Shown here in pieces: positions 34,471-48,693 of a DNA stretch of 64,000 bases. This stretch comes from Spizellomyces punctatus DAOM BR117. Taxonomy: Eukaryota. Under the pieces are notes generated by a model. It was not told the origin of the DNA. It saw only the letters and a list, made by a program, of their open reading frames with translations, and ran no database searches. The DNA is taken from the NCBI GenBank assembly GCA_000182565.2, contig KQ257471.1, one strand, 5' to 3'. The stretch's first letter is position 1, and each line of letters opens with the position of its first letter. A program made the translations under genes and the position numbers.

Positions 34471-35515
34471 TTTAACACATCGAATATCAATTTTTTTGCA
34501 TGATGTCACTATCCTTCGATAAGCCCGAGCTCCCTGTTGAGTCAACGAAAATAGCAGAAAATCGACCTGATTTTTGGTCTGCTCTTCTTCCCTTAGGTAT
34601 TGTGACGGTTTAAAACAGATGTGTCAACTGACAAAATCTCTTTCCGCTTTTTTGAATTTTTGTTAGTCGACGACTTGCCCTACTTTTAAAACCCTGTCCC
34701 CCGCGTATCAAGCCCGCTTGGTGACAACCTGCCATTCCGACATACAAGTACTCGTCTGCCCGCAGCAAGCCTTTGTAGGGTGTACGTTCAGATGAGGCTA
34801 GCCCTCATACGTATTCAAATGGCCCAGTCATTCAATATCACAGGGCTTTCGAGAGGTGTGAACACGCCCTGATCTTACGAGTAGACAATACAAAGCTGGT
34901 TTGTTCAATCACTTTGGTATGAAAGTTCAATGGTACTCAGCGTTTGCTGGTAGGGAAAACCGAGCTACCCTGCTGACATAACGAGTATTCCAACTTTTGG
35001 GCTTGTTGCCCGTCCTAAGGCTGAGTAGCTTGGGGCAGTGTTTTTGATGGGTTGTTTGAATTGTTGATTCGTTAGTAGAATCATGATTTTGGGAAATCTG
35101 CACTCTTTCATGAGGACAGGATTGATGCAGGTCCTGCCGAAAACCCTCGAGCCGCGAATAGGGCCCCGTCACCGCCCGTCACCTCCTAAAATGAGACGAT
35201 TTTCGGTATTTGCGCTGTGAACCGGATTTTTCTTCAGGCATTATTAAAAGAAGAAACCTGGGATGTAGAATTGCGGTGGTTGATTGGGAAATTTCATTCG
35301 TGGGAAGGGGGGGTGATGAAGTGGTGATGGCTGGTGACGGATACTGGATTATCTTCCTTTCCGTGGGAGAAATGGTTATTTTCTGTTGCTTATAGGTGGG
35401 GAGGATGAAGGTTACTACTAGCCTTTAAGTAACTCTTGACCCCCGCTTTTTCTCTTTTGAAAATTTCTTTTTCCGGTCTATCATTGTCCGTTCTTTTGTT
35501 TTCGACCGGGCGCGT

Positions 35516-36950
35516 ATGATGCGGAAAGCAGCTCCGATGCCTCCACTTTCTCTGCCATTTTGCACATGCAATGAGTGCTTGGCTTGCTCCACAAGTTCCA
35601 TGAGTCCGGGAACGTCCTCTTGCCATACGGCATTGATGAACATCCTTTCCTCCCAGTCGTGTTATTCTACCACCGTGATGAATGATGTCAACGGAAATAT
35701 AGTCGGCAACAACGTTGGTGGACAGATGCAGATTTCGTCTGCAGGTTGTGAAAGCGTGGACGTTGTTCGCGTCTGGGATTGTAACCAGCTGGCGGCTTGT
35801 GATGAGGAAGTTCGTGATTGCCAATATACGCAGCAGTCAATTGATCCCAATGGGGTTGACCAAGTTTTCGAGATTTTGGGCAGTCAGCAACAATCGGATA
35901 TGTTTGCATCGGTGGAAGGAAAGTATACGATCAATCTCGACTATGTTCCCGAATTAAGTAAGGCGGAAAACATCGGGGAGAGGAATTTGGCACAAGGCTT
36001 ATCCATCTGGTCGGGGGATCTTTCGCGTGAGCTATTGGCTATTGAGTTTGAGTCCAGCGCGGGTTCTTCCTTGCCATCGGATAACTCTGCTCTTCCTATG
36101 TCAGGCGCAGCATTTGCCTGCGCTAATTCAGAGCCAGCACCCCAAGTTGCTAGCCCTCTGGGAGATGAGGCATGCCCATTCGACTTTGCATCAGCTTTTG
36201 GTTCGATCGATATGTCCCAGGTCGCCTCATTGCAATTCAGTTCCCCGTATGATTCGAATTATACTTTCTCCCCCGGTATATTCCAAGTCTCAACAAGCGG
36301 GTCGGGAAAACAAACTGATAACCCGTTAACTCCATCGTCGGTGGTTTCACAAAGCTTGCGTCTGGATACGTCCCATCTCGAAAAAGCGGATCCGGTCTTT
36401 GATTTATTTTCCCCACTATACACATCGGGTTCGCCCTCGACCAGTTCACTACCGTCGCCACCATTGAGTCCGATGACATACTGCAGGGAGGCTTTGTCGA
36501 AAGCTATGAATGATTCGAGTGACGTTGGTTTGGCACCGATGGATAGTGAAGCTCCCGCCGTAATGGAGCGCACTACCCCGATCCGGCGCAAATCCGCCCC
36601 TCCCAAGACTCTTGTGTGCAACTGGCCAGGCTGCACCAAAACTTTTACGAGGTATATAGCCAACGTTCGTGGTTGTTAACTCACCGGTGATAGCTAAAAA
36701 CCATTTACACTCACCTAACAGAAAATTCAACCTTAAAGTACACCAGAAAGTTCATACCGGGCAGGACTTTTTTACTTGCCAGCACCCACCTTGTTCCCGC
36801 CAATTTGCTCGTCGCCACGATCTGATCCGTCATAGCCGCTTGCATACTAATGAGCGACCATTTGTGTGCACTTGGTGCGGAGCTGGGTGGTGCAGGAGCG
36901 ACGCACTGAAAAGGCATTTGAGGAGGTGCGTTGAGAGCATGCACGTGTAA
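35516..36950 (+). CDS. three-finger C2H2 transcription factor (Crz1-like finger type); start uncertain
   Basis: Intron 36652-36721 gives CNWPGCTKTFTRKFNLKVHQKVHTGQDFFTCQHPPCSRQFARRHDLIRHSRLHTNERPFVCTWCGAGWCRSDALKRHL; Ser-rich acidic N-terminus. Confidence 0.85.
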
Positions 36951-37535
36951 GAGTGGTACGAGTTATGGTTGCATAATTGTAGGGGGTGAAATGAGGGGCG
37001 AAGCGTTGATTTACTTACTGATATATAGGGATTACATACTGATGTATATTGCACATATTAATGGATTCTAAACATTTTGTAATAGGTAGCTAGGTTTAAA
37101 CAGAATAACAGTAATCTTACCTACCTAGGATACTCCTAAAAATAAAATGTCGAACACTGTCTGGCAGCCGTAACATGACAAAAGTCCACTAAGACTCCCC
37201 TTCAGACCAGCTCAAAATACCGGCTGATATGTTCCAATGGAACGTTAGCTGGTTAGGTTTATTCTGTAGGGTTCGGCGAGCATATCATTCCGGCCATTGG
37301 CCACATGCTGACCATGGCAGCTGCTCAAGGCTACAGTGCCTACAGATGGACGCAATTGAGAAAATGACTGGTTCCATTAGTGAGGCATTATTCATGCACA
37401 GAAACTATGTTACACTATGTACGTATCATCCCAAGGTCCGAAATTCACAAGTAGCAGAACAATAGACTAGAAAAACAAAAGGAGACTCATAGAGCAAAAA
37501 CTATACAGACTATACAAAAGCACCGTCGCGCCTTA

Positions 37536-38630
37536 TTATTTCCTTGATCCTCGCTTTCCCCACGCAGAGTTCGGATATCTCCTGTCCAACGATTCCAATT
37601 TACTATACAGGGAGGCCACATCACCCTTATCTCTGTCATTTATCTTGACTGAGACTCCCGAGTCGCGTTGCTCCGAATCCATGGATAGAACTGATAGTTG
37701 TCTTGACCAGGAAGGAGGGGGCCGAAGAGAAGATGTTCGTACGGAAATACAAGGTGCAATAAGGGAAGAAGAGGTCGAGGAGCGCATTGAATAGCGCGTG
37801 GTGGAGCTCGATGATCCAGCAGGTGATGCCGGCGGGCTCGGATATTTCGAAGCGTCCAGTACCGCTCCATTGTATAACCAACCTCCCCCAACAAAACGTC
37901 GGAACGCGCCCTTGAATATTGCTTCCAATACCCAAGCAACACACTCGTCCAATATTCCGCACCAAATCTTCTCGTTGCTCATCCCAATCGCTATATTCAT
38001 CCGAACATGACCAGGAATCCACATTCCTAGATGCGTGTCATCCCATGAATGTGCAACATATGTTGCCCACAGTTTGTGAATGTGTGGAACAAATTTGGAA
38101 GGAAAGGAGAGCGATGGTGCAGGCGGTGCATCTGGGGAAAGGAATCGACTAATGGCAAATGTTGGATGTGAGAGGGAAAGCCGGTAGGATGGTGGAAGGC
38201 GTTCCGTCAGATGACGGATAACACGAGTATATGCACTGTGGAATCGAAGTGCGTGATAGGTTGGTGTGTCAAACTTTTGAAAAATGAAAGTTAGCGAACC
38301 AACCCGCTACGCATTTCATCGCAATCCAATCATCACAATGCTTTTCTACCTTGCAAAAGTCTGAGAATCTCGCAAATATCTCCTCTTGTTCGAATAAAAT
38401 CTTGACAAATGCCCGCCGTGTCCATACAACATTAAATTCTTTTGGTCGCTCCCGCATCCACAATCCACCGTCGGAACAGCTATTAACTGTTTCAGTGTCG
38501 TCATCGTCATTTTGCTCATTTTCTCCTGTCATCCGAAGATTCAGTTGCTCGAGCAATGGATATTCAACCTCAGAATCAGTCTCTGGAGTGGTCGCACGAT
38601 ACGGAGACATTGCGAAGAATTTTTGGCTAC
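37536..38630 (-). CDS. 3' exons of a hypothetical protein with an RGS-like domain; 5' exons (to about 39.6 kb) unresolved
   Basis: FVKILFEQEEIFARFSDFCKVE spliced to ...IHKLWATYV...IPGHVRMNI...LDECVAWVLEAIFKGAFRRFV resembles RGS helices, followed by a Ser-rich tail. Confidence 0.5.
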
Positions 38631-40682
38631 GATTACTGTGTCATTATGAGCATAGCTCATAGAGAGACGAAATCAATGGGAGGAACAACAGGTTCAAGAA
38701 CTTACGAAGTATGACGTATATCTTAACGGTGCGGGCAGAAGGTTCGAAATAGCGCCTATCCCCAACTGAAAGACTGGTATATGAGGTCCGTTAGGAAAGT
38801 CTCGTTGCGAGATGAGGTGTCCAAGAGTATCTCTAGAGGCACTTTTCCTCCCAAAGCTCCAGCCTTAAAGGACACCTTTTTGAAGTGACCAAAGGAGTAA
38901 TACCCAGCATGTTGTGGGTCCGAGTGCAGCCGACAAACAACGTCGATGACTGCGCCATGCACGCGTTAATGTGTGCGATGCGCATGCAAGGGAGGAAATA
39001 GATAACATGCGTGTGATCACAAAAGGATTTTATACAAACGAACTTTTTTGTGCGCGGCAATTTAATTCTGAAATTGACGACCCCTGGCGCTGGCGTTCGA
39101 TAGCATCCAGCAAAAGATTGAAAGGGCATGTAATGGTCGGGAGTTTGAATGCCGAGAGCGTCAGTCAGACAGCGATGACGGACACATTCGGCGAGCCGCG
39201 TTTCTCATGTGGAATGCATGGGTGGACCCATGTGGTAAATACATGATGGACCCTTCCATGCAGAGGTTTCCAATGTTTCGGTATTTAAGTATTCCCCCAC
39301 TGCCGCGCGACAGATGATCCTGCAGGGTTGTTGGCTCGCCTGGCAAGTAATCCTGGGAAGCAAATCCTGGATCGCCAAGTTTTCCTTGATTTGGCGCCTG
39401 GATGATTGGGATTCTCTTCTGTATCGTATCTAAACCGTGGTCAACAAGCCATTAGCTACCTGATACCAATCTTGCCCATCAAATACCAGTTAGAAACATT
39501 GTAGAAATGATAAATTTAAAAAAAGACTGTCATTGTATTGATGCATCATGTCCTCTCTTGGGCATGCCGGGCTGTTGCATTTCAGTTGCGCTTCAACCCA
39601 ACACAACCTGGAGTGCCCAAATTTTGAAAATAGAAAATCCCCGTGGGTCTGACATGACCGGAAACCGATGGCATATCCGATACTTGCTTGAAAATACTTT
39701 GTAAAGGCTTTTGTGTTCACATAGCGTATAGAAAAGTGCTTCCACAAATACAAATAAAACCACTCGCTATAGCTCATTGTCGTCTCTCTCCCTCCATGCG
39801 TCTATCAAACTTTCCTCCCTCTGTACGATCGCACTCGTGTTTTCTGCATGTCCCTCGCCATAGCTCAATGTCACTCTCCACTATATCTCCATGACGGACG
39901 TTTTAGCAAGTCATGCCCGGCCACCCTAACCCGAGGCCCAATGCGAACCCGAACGCACTTGACTCCAAAAATTGACTGACTTTTGTTATTTTTCAGGGTC
40001 TTCAGTGAGTGTGTTGCACGCCCCGGTTCACACTATTGCCTACTAAATATCAAAGGCGAGCCAGTTATAGTTCATTCCAGCACGATATCGTCTTTCAACA
40101 TCTTCAGACCAAACAATCCTCTGCATCCGACGCAACACCTTGAGATCAAACACCATGGTCAAGCTTTTTGCAAATATCGTCTTTGAGTCGCCGCTACAAT
40201 CGTGAATGCCGCCGACTGCGCCTGTGTCAGCAGTGTTACTGTGAACGTCTTTCATATCTCACCAAAAACTGCTGTAAAGTGGAATGGGGCGTGTACAGCT
40301 GTTGCATAGCCGAAGACTTCAGATGTTACTAAAGTGCCCTCTTTTCCTCAATGTAGTTATCAGTGAATCTTTCGCAATATTACCGATTTATGTACAGGGT
40401 GACTGTTCTAGATGTAGTGAAAACAAAAAACTTTGACTGTATAGAAAAGTGCTTCCATAGATATAATGTTAACTGTAACCTGCATCTTTTGTATTTGCCT
40501 TTTGTTCAATTCACACTCACACACATTTGCCATTTCAGGTCGAATGACATATCACGTGCTCGTCGCGCTCCATCGTCATCCACCAAACGGATCGCCAACA
40601 GCTTCAACCCAGGAACAGCCTCATTTTCAATTGACAGTGCAAAGAAAAGAGCATTTCTTTCCATATAGTTATATTTGGAATC

Positions 40683-42688
40683 ATGGTTCAGGACATTACA
40701 GAAATGAGATCGACTACTCCAGGCGAGCAGGAACCAAGTACTGGGGTTCTCAAGCGATCTGCTAGCACAAGCATGTCCGCTGAAGAAACGTTGGTGCGAG
40801 TTCAAGAGGAGGCCATCGTAGTAGACAACACAGAGGACGGACAAGAAAAACAGTCTCAAGTTCACATATCCCTGACAGCAGCATGGAATGGGTAAGTCAT
40901 TGAGGTAATGTGGTACACCATTTGAATACTCCTTGGTTCACGGGCTCGAACAGGCAAAAGTACCCGATATTACTACCTGCCACCTCAACAATTGGTGATC
41001 TCAAGCGGCAATTAGCTGAAGTTACCCAAGTGCAGCCATTGCGCCAAAAACTCATTGGATTCGTCAAGGGGAAGCTACCGAATGATGATGTGGTATTGGA
41101 CTCGTTGGGGCTGAAGGCAGACCATGCTTTCATGATGATCGGGACAGGTATACAGCAAATCATTTTTTGTTCTAGATTTATTTTATTCATATATTGCTAG
41201 TGGAGCAGAAGATTCTGCAGGAGCCTGCGATCGCGGAATTACCAGAGGTCGTAAATGTATGTAACCCGTAACATTATGTGACAATGTCAGGATTCATGAT
41301 CCTAATATGATGATGCGTTTCTTTAGGACCTTGATTTTGATTTTCTTGATTACATGCCGAGTGATGATCGGTATCGGAATGATGAGCGCAATCGAAGGAA
41401 GCTGCGAGAATACATAGATAAGGTTCGTGATCCATGAGGGTTTTATTGGTCGCTTCATGCACCTTACATATCCGCAGACAAAAATCACTGTGTTTAACGA
41501 TTTAAGGGCAGGTAAGCGGTTTTAACGAGTTAATGTTTAGTTGAAAACCTAGGGCATAAGTATTCACGACAGGACTGATTATAGGAAAGAAGATGTTGGT
41601 GCTGGACCTAGGTACAGTGAAGTCTACTGTTCTATTCAGCACTGCTGTGTTCTCAGTTCATTGTGCTTACCAATATCTCGCCACCTAGACTACACATTGT
41701 TTGGTGAGCATTACAGTATCGTGAGCAGCCATTGTGCTGAAAACATCTTATGGGCATTCTGACTCCCTTCAGACTGCAAATCTACTGCGGGACACATATC
41801 AGAACTGGCCCGTCCGGGACTACATGAAATGTTGACGGCGGTATATGCATATTATGATATTTGCATATGGAGTCAAACCTCTTGGAAGGTATGTTTCATA
41901 GTCATATTCCGTTTCGTTACTCTGCTGATAACTGGTTTTCCTGCAGTGGCTAGAAATGAAAATCACGGAGTTGGGTATCTTGACGCACTCTAGTTATCGG
42001 ATAGCCTTCGGTAGGATGAGGAATGGTTGTTTTTCGTACTAATTGGATGCTGATCATCGTCAATGATCTGGCAGTTATGGATCGCACTTCCATGTTCAGT
42101 ATCACTAGTACGACGAGGCGGGTTGACGGCAAGCCCGTAAAGCATGAAGTCAAGGCGTTGGACATTATCTGGACCAAATTCCCGGACCGATACAGTGCAG
42201 CGAGTAGGTGGTTGTCGCCGTCCGAACGGAGATAAAGATCCACCTCACGATCGTATATGGCAGATACCATTCACATTGACGATGTCAGCCGAAACTTTGC
42301 AATGAATCCTCAAAGCGTATGTTGGGACAGTGTGTTCACCTTGACTAGTTTGTGGAAATGTTTTAACATGTTGGTGGCCATAGGGCTTGAAGATTTCTGC
42401 GTTCAAAAACGCGCCCATCAATCGCCACAAAGATCGAACCCTGTTTCCTCTCACAAAGTATCTTCTTCAACTGGCACTCGTGGATGACTTTCGAAGACTC
42501 GATCATAAGGTTGGTAGGAATTGTAGGCTGCCTCCTGGCCTCTGTATGCGTGTATGCGTGTATTTACTCTTTTCCTGTTCCAGAATTGGAAATCTTTCAG
42601 TGGCCAACTTCCATCCAACATACCAGACATGTCGTTCCCACCCGAATGGGGATCCAATTGGGGCGCATTTGGTGGTAGTGGGTCGTAA
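40683..42688 (+). CDS. UBLCP1: ubiquitin-like domain-containing CTD phosphatase 1 (HAD family)
   Basis: UBL TIGDLKRQLAEVTQVQPLRQKLIG; spliced LVLDLDYTLFD; RPGLHEML, IWSQTS, TIHIDDVSRNFAMNPQSGLKI; many short introns. Start may be the later ATG at 40773. Confidence 0.9.
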
Positions 42689-44413
42689 ACTGAATACAAT
42701 TTTCATGTTTGACTGGCTTTCAGCCCCATGGTCCTTTGTTTTTGATTGTAATGATTCGCTGTGTCCCTGTCCTCCCCCTATCGAGCTTGTGCCATCCACA
42801 TCAGCCCACGAGGAGGAGTGACATTCTCAGGCCCTGGAGTTGGTCCATTGTTGTCGTTATCCAGTGCAACAAGACGGCTTTTTGCCACCGGACACGGAGC
42901 GTCTAATGGAATCAAAAAATCAGCCCGGTCGATCGTGGTTTAGATCGAGGCCGATACGCAGTTTGCTGATCGATTTACTATACGGTGGAAACAGGTAAGA
43001 AGGCCGACGACGGCAAAGGCCAGTACTCAAGAGTGAATCACAAAGGGGTGGAATGATGCTCTGCAGTCGCGTTCGGGTCCGCGGACATATCAGCGCGTAC
43101 CTTTTAAGCTGCCCCAATAAAAACACGCGATGTCGGGAGGGAGGGAGGGGGATGGCTGAGACTGTCCCGTTAAAAGAATGCGGTGAGGGCAAGACGCCAA
43201 ACTGTCCCCTTCACATGGCCACGGAAAACCGGAGCTTCCCCAAAAGACACCCCGAAGGGTTCGGACTCAAGATGACGTTTTCTTATTCATTAATGTATTT
43301 CGCAACCCGCTTGATGAATTTTTGGGTTTTTTTCCCTTGCCGTTTCCTGTTTGTTGCCTGCTGCACATTCAGGGTGTGTGTGTTTTTTATTTATTAATCA
43401 CTGGAGGATCAAAAGTAACCGTATAAAATGGTTATATACTGTCAGTGATCCCACCCCCCTCGTATTTTGCCAAAAGCAACGATACTTAAGTAGTCAACAT
43501 CAGACCCATCCCATTTTCTAAAGACCTTGTTGGGGGCAATGCTTTTCCCAATTTGCTGAGTTTTGCAAGTCATGGACAAGTTTTTCTCAACCTGGGAGAC
43601 AAAAAAGGACATATGAATCGTGGAGACAAGGTCTACAATGTGCAGTTATCATTCGTGGATGAGAAAGCGTTCAGTCTTGACGTTAACGCCCAGGTTTTAT
43701 TTTTTTGCATTATAGGATCGGAAGTCACAAAGTTTCCCTCCACCAACAAGCAAAACGCCCGTTATTACAACGCCTTTACTTTTTAAACGGCTGGCGAACC
43801 TTCCCCCCCCCCCCCAACTTGCTCCATCGTTAACAAAAAGTTGAAGGATAAAACCCTCCCCCGAACAAACAAACGAGAGAGAGGAGTTGCAACGCGTGTG
43901 TGTGTCAGAGAAACTTGCGATTCCGTCAACGTACAAGTTCTACATGTATGAGAGAACGCGTCTCAACCCAACTTTTGGACTTGCTCCAATGTATGACGCA
44001 ACAAAAAGCTTTATAAAAAAGACTGGTCGCTTCTATTCTCTCTCTTTTTGCATTTCCCCCCCTTAAAAGTGTGGAGTCAGGCCATCCAACGAACAAAAAA
44101 CAAAAGAAAAAGCGAAAGCGGTTTATAGAAAGAAACACACGACAACTGCTCATCATGTCCAAAGAGATCCCTCAGGCGCCTTCCCTCTCGCTCACGCCAA
44201 TCTTACATACTCAAGTAGACAAAAAAGGGTATATCTTTTCACCACGTCTTTCCAAGCCATGCCAGCTGGCGAGGCGAAGAGGACACCCTGAGCAAGCAGG
44301 TGGCACATCGGGATTGCAAAAAAAAAAAAAAAACAAAAGGTTTTGTGGAGCCCATCTAGTCTTATCACAAATTAACATTTTCTCTTTTCTGGTAGAGAGT
44401 CATGTTGCTCGTA

Positions 44414-46343
44414 TCAGTTCCCTTCTCGCACCCGCTGCAACGGAGGTGAAGTCGATGACGAGTAACGAGTGCTAAGCGCACGTAGACCTCCCCGCTCTAT
44501 ATCTCTCGCCCCAGGAAGTGTCAAGTTTCCAACAGGTGGACCTAACGGATGTCCATAGGACCCAGAATCATGTCTTGGTCCGGGATAATACGAAGGCGCC
44601 GCAGATGTTGTCACTGGCGGGGGCGGAGGATGTCTTTGCTCTTGATAAAAATACGTATTGTATGGATGAGGATGTTGCTGATGAGAGTGGCCGGGTCGGC
44701 CAAGATCTGGCGTCCGCCCGCTGAAGGCTCTCGGTGGTGAGCCTATCACAGCCGAAGAGCTCATGCGGGGACTCGGTGGGGAACCGGGTGGCCGTTGAAA
44801 GGACGTCGGAGGTCGCGAGGCCCCATACGGACGAAACGCACTTGAGTAGCTGTTGTTCCCAAGTTCCGCTGATGGATGATGCGTATACACTGGATCACTC
44901 CGGGATCGCCGTGCCTCGGGTGATTTCAGGCGTGGAGGAGGATAAGGTGGTTGTCCTGAAAACGTTGAGGTACGTGAGGAAGAGTGAAGGCTGGGATTGG
45001 CCGACTGCTGTGAGCGATATGAATATTCTTGCTGTGGTGAGTATTCCACCGGAGCGGAAGGTGGATATCGCATCGGAGGAATTGGAGACGCAGGACGAGC
45101 GACGGGCAACGGAGGATCACGATTTAAACCAGATTGTTGAGGAGTTCTTTGCAGGGCAGCAGATGGTGCACCAGGGTTTCCTCCGATCACAGGTGTATTC
45201 ATTTCACCTCCGACAGGTAACGAAGGCGGAGGTCGGCCTGATTCGCCCTTCAACAGATCCAATTCCGCTCCCATTTTGTAGACGCTATGCCGTAGCTCTT
45301 CGCATTGATGATACCAATAGTCTCTTTCCCTCAGCAAACCATCTCTCTCAAAAGCAGCCCTCTCTAAAGCGTCTTGGAAATCACGGCAGCGTTTTTCAAA
45401 AGGTTCTAGATACTTGGCTCGATCTTCCCACGACTGAGCGCGGGTTTCAAGATCTCTAAGGTATTGTTCTTTACGTTGTCTGAAAGCACGCTGGGCGGCA
45501 CGATTCTGTTGCGCACGTTTCTCGGAAACTTTTCGTTTCGGGTACTGCGCGGCCTCATCGGCTGAGACAGAATCGCCGCCCGTAGGCGGGGCCTCATTAC
45601 TTGAAGGTCTAGCGGATGCTGTAGTATTAGAGTTAGAGTTGGATGGATAAGGTTGCCACCTGGATGGGTAAAATGAGGCGGATGCAGAACCGCCCGAGGT
45701 AATATCTGATTGCGGAGCATGATGCGCCTGATGCGACAAGGAAGACAGCGACGACGCTGATGAAACGGATGTGGGAGAAACAACGTCGTGAGGATTACGT
45801 GGCACTCGAGTCTCGATGCTGAGTTCCGGTGACTGGGGACGAGGATGTGATGTGGAAATACCGTTTGTGGTTGGGATTGTTGACGAGTCTACAAAAAGAG
45901 GATTGGTTGGAACTAGACAAATAAACTTGTCCATAATATCTATGTAGGCCGCTTTGCATCAGCACATGCTGGCACTATGAACAAGGATGACCCATGTTGC
46001 ATGTAGAAAAAAAAAAGTGCCAGTCGCCACTATTGGCATAACACGCTCTCTTTGGCAGCAGCTCACCTTTTGGTAAACTAGCTTCACGTACGATGCGCGT
46101 AAGATCTGATCCAGCTACCGGCGCAGCAGAAAGTTCCAAAGGGTTGGCATGTCCGCGGAGAGCAGCGTCGGGTTTCGGGGAACGGTTTGCAGTTTGATCC
46201 GACGGTCTGCTGTAGTCGTCCATGGATGTCACGGGCGCTCGAGGTGGGCTACCATGGTCTGGAGTGTACGATCTGGTGTGATCGTGCTGCACACCATCCG
46301 GTTGTTGTCGGTCATCCTCTTCCGATAGGGGTGGATTCGACAT
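44414..46343 (-). CDS. bZIP transcription factor (YAP/AP-1-like basic region)
   Basis: KRAQQNRAAQRAFRQRKEQYLRDLE plus coiled coil; upstream exon 46343-46067 ends at a GTGAGC donor in phase with ORF 44414-45934. Confidence 0.87.
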
Positions 46344-48000
46344 GGCTTGCTCTGGTTATTTTATTGTTTACTGCCCGCCAATAAGAACTGTCCAATCAGG
46401 TATCTTCATGGATAGTTCCACGATAGCGGCAGTGCACCAACGAGCGGAAAATAGATCTCGGAGATGAGACACTAAAAAAGTAGACGCTTATTAAAATAAA
46501 AAAAACGCAGAGATGCGTTCAGTGCAGCCGCTAACGATTTATCTTCCCCCCGATGTTATACAAAAGTAACCCTGGAAGCCGTGTGGCCAGCAGCAGGCGA
46601 AAGCCCCTTTGCAAAAGGAATGCTTTGTGGGGGGTGGTAGGATAGAAAGCCTCTCCATGAAAGCTCCGCCTCCCAAAGTCACTCACCGGTGACACGCAAA
46701 AATACGTACGTTTTTTTTTTATTTTATTTTTTTTCAAACAATGCCGAAAGACGGATCTGGCGCAGAAAAATGGGCCTTATCGACGCGTGACGAATGTTGC
46801 GGTCTCAAAATCAAGTCATCCGTGAGGCCGTATGGGGCAAGAGGAGGGGGTGGGTGGATTGGCACAGATGGGGTTGGAAAATAGCGGAGCCACGGATGTT
46901 GAGCAGTGGGATTTTTCGTGGATACTTATATGCCCGGGGGGTTCGGGGACAGTGTACAATAGATTTCACGGTTAAGCTGGATCGGCGAGGGGAAAAAAAC
47001 GGCGTGGAAAAGGGAGGGCAGAGATGGGAGGAGGAAAAGAGTTTCCAGCGTTGCCAAGTAAACAAAGGCCCGAGTTTGGTAAGATGTTCCACCTCGTCGG
47101 CGGACAACAAATTCTTCACCTACCTTCTCAACTGCCCTTTTTTTGTGCGTCCTTTTCGTGCGTCATCTGTGCGTACCCTTACTCACATTCCAGACTCTGC
47201 ATGGTGATGATCCGAGCCCACGGACAGTACCTGGTCCCAGTCTTCCCGACAAACACGATAAATGACATGCTACAGAAAGGAGTTTGATCGTGGCCGCAAG
47301 GACGCGTGCCCATTGTTCCTGCGACCTGGAATCAGTGTTGCGGGGAGGCGGCGCATTCTCGGAGCTCCAAAATAAACTAAGCTTTGATCGGAGTGAGACG
47401 AACGCGCGTTGGCCGAAACACAAGGGGGGCCCGAACAAAAGCAAGCAATGCTTCGCCATTACTCTATCGTTTATTATCATTGTAACGCCATTTTCAACTT
47501 TTGGCCCACGGGGGTTGTGGATTTTTGTTTGACAAATTTCAAATAAATTGTGGCCTGCGCACCAGTCTGACCAACCTTTGCAGCAAGCACCTCGTAAGAC
47601 ATGTCTCAAAATTGTAAATGTCTGTATTATTCGTCTGAAAAATGAGCGCGTCCCATTTACCAAAACGTACGGACAATGTCCATTGAAAACGACGTGGCTG
47701 AGAAACGAACGTCGGACTGGTTGTCAAGCTCCGTGTCAACCAAGGGGGACACGTGTCCTGTCTGTCCCGAACTGAGGTGCATGGAAAAAGGGCATTGTCA
47801 TAAAGGATGAGAAAGAGGTGAAAGAGTGAGGATAATGATCTGGATACATGTAGCGCTTGAGTGCTTACCAAGGCTTTGTCATTGTCACACACACCCGGTT
47901 CAACTGTCACACAATCTCCGATCTGTATTTCCGCCTCCGATTCTCACATAAAAACCTGACTGCCAAGACTCAAACGCTTCTTTCTTTTCACAAATACGTG

Positions 48001-48693
48001 ATGGACGACAAGAATTATTCGCTGTACGGGCTTCCCGTCGCCATTGTCCTGGCGTACGTTCCTCATGTGGTCAAGTATGTGTACACGGAGCCCTTGCCAG
48101 GAGATTCCACAATGCTGACTCACTTGTAGGGGCGCTATAATCACCAAGTCTCTGGGAAAATACAACAAGTGAATATCCATTTTTTCAGATTCGTTTCAAG
48201 AAAAAAAATGCCTAACCAAGCGGATCAGTGTCAACCCTAGATCACAGCTCGAGAAGGTGCAATCGCGCATGACAAAGGCGGTAAGATCATTCAATTCTGG
48301 GAAGGATTTGTGGCCCTGACAGCACCAATCACATGGCGTTGTTTTGCATTCAGTCGTATGAGATGGCCAAACGGGCGGACGCGGCACACCACAATGGGCT
48401 CGAAATCTTCCCCATATTCGCTGGGGCAGTGGTGCGTAATCCTTTTACGCCCAGCCCGGACCAGTATCTAAACCTTTCCACTCCCTATCCAGTTGGCCGG
48501 CAATTTTGCTGGGTTGCCAAACAGCACTCTCAACAAGTATAGTGCTGTTTTCCTTACCGCTCGGTTCTTTTACAATTTTGTGTACATCAAGAATTCAAAC
48601 TCAATCGTCGCTGGATTGAGATCGTTGATTTGGATGGTTAGCATAGTATCCTGTTTTGGACTTTATTTGGAGGCTGCGAAGGGCAAGCTTTAA
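48001..48693 (+). CDS. MAPEG-family membrane protein
   Basis: Five exons give YSLYGLPVAIVLAYVPH...YNNVNPR...AKRADAAHHNGLEIFPIFAGAV...FLTARFFYNFVYI...LRSLIW. Confidence 0.85.
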
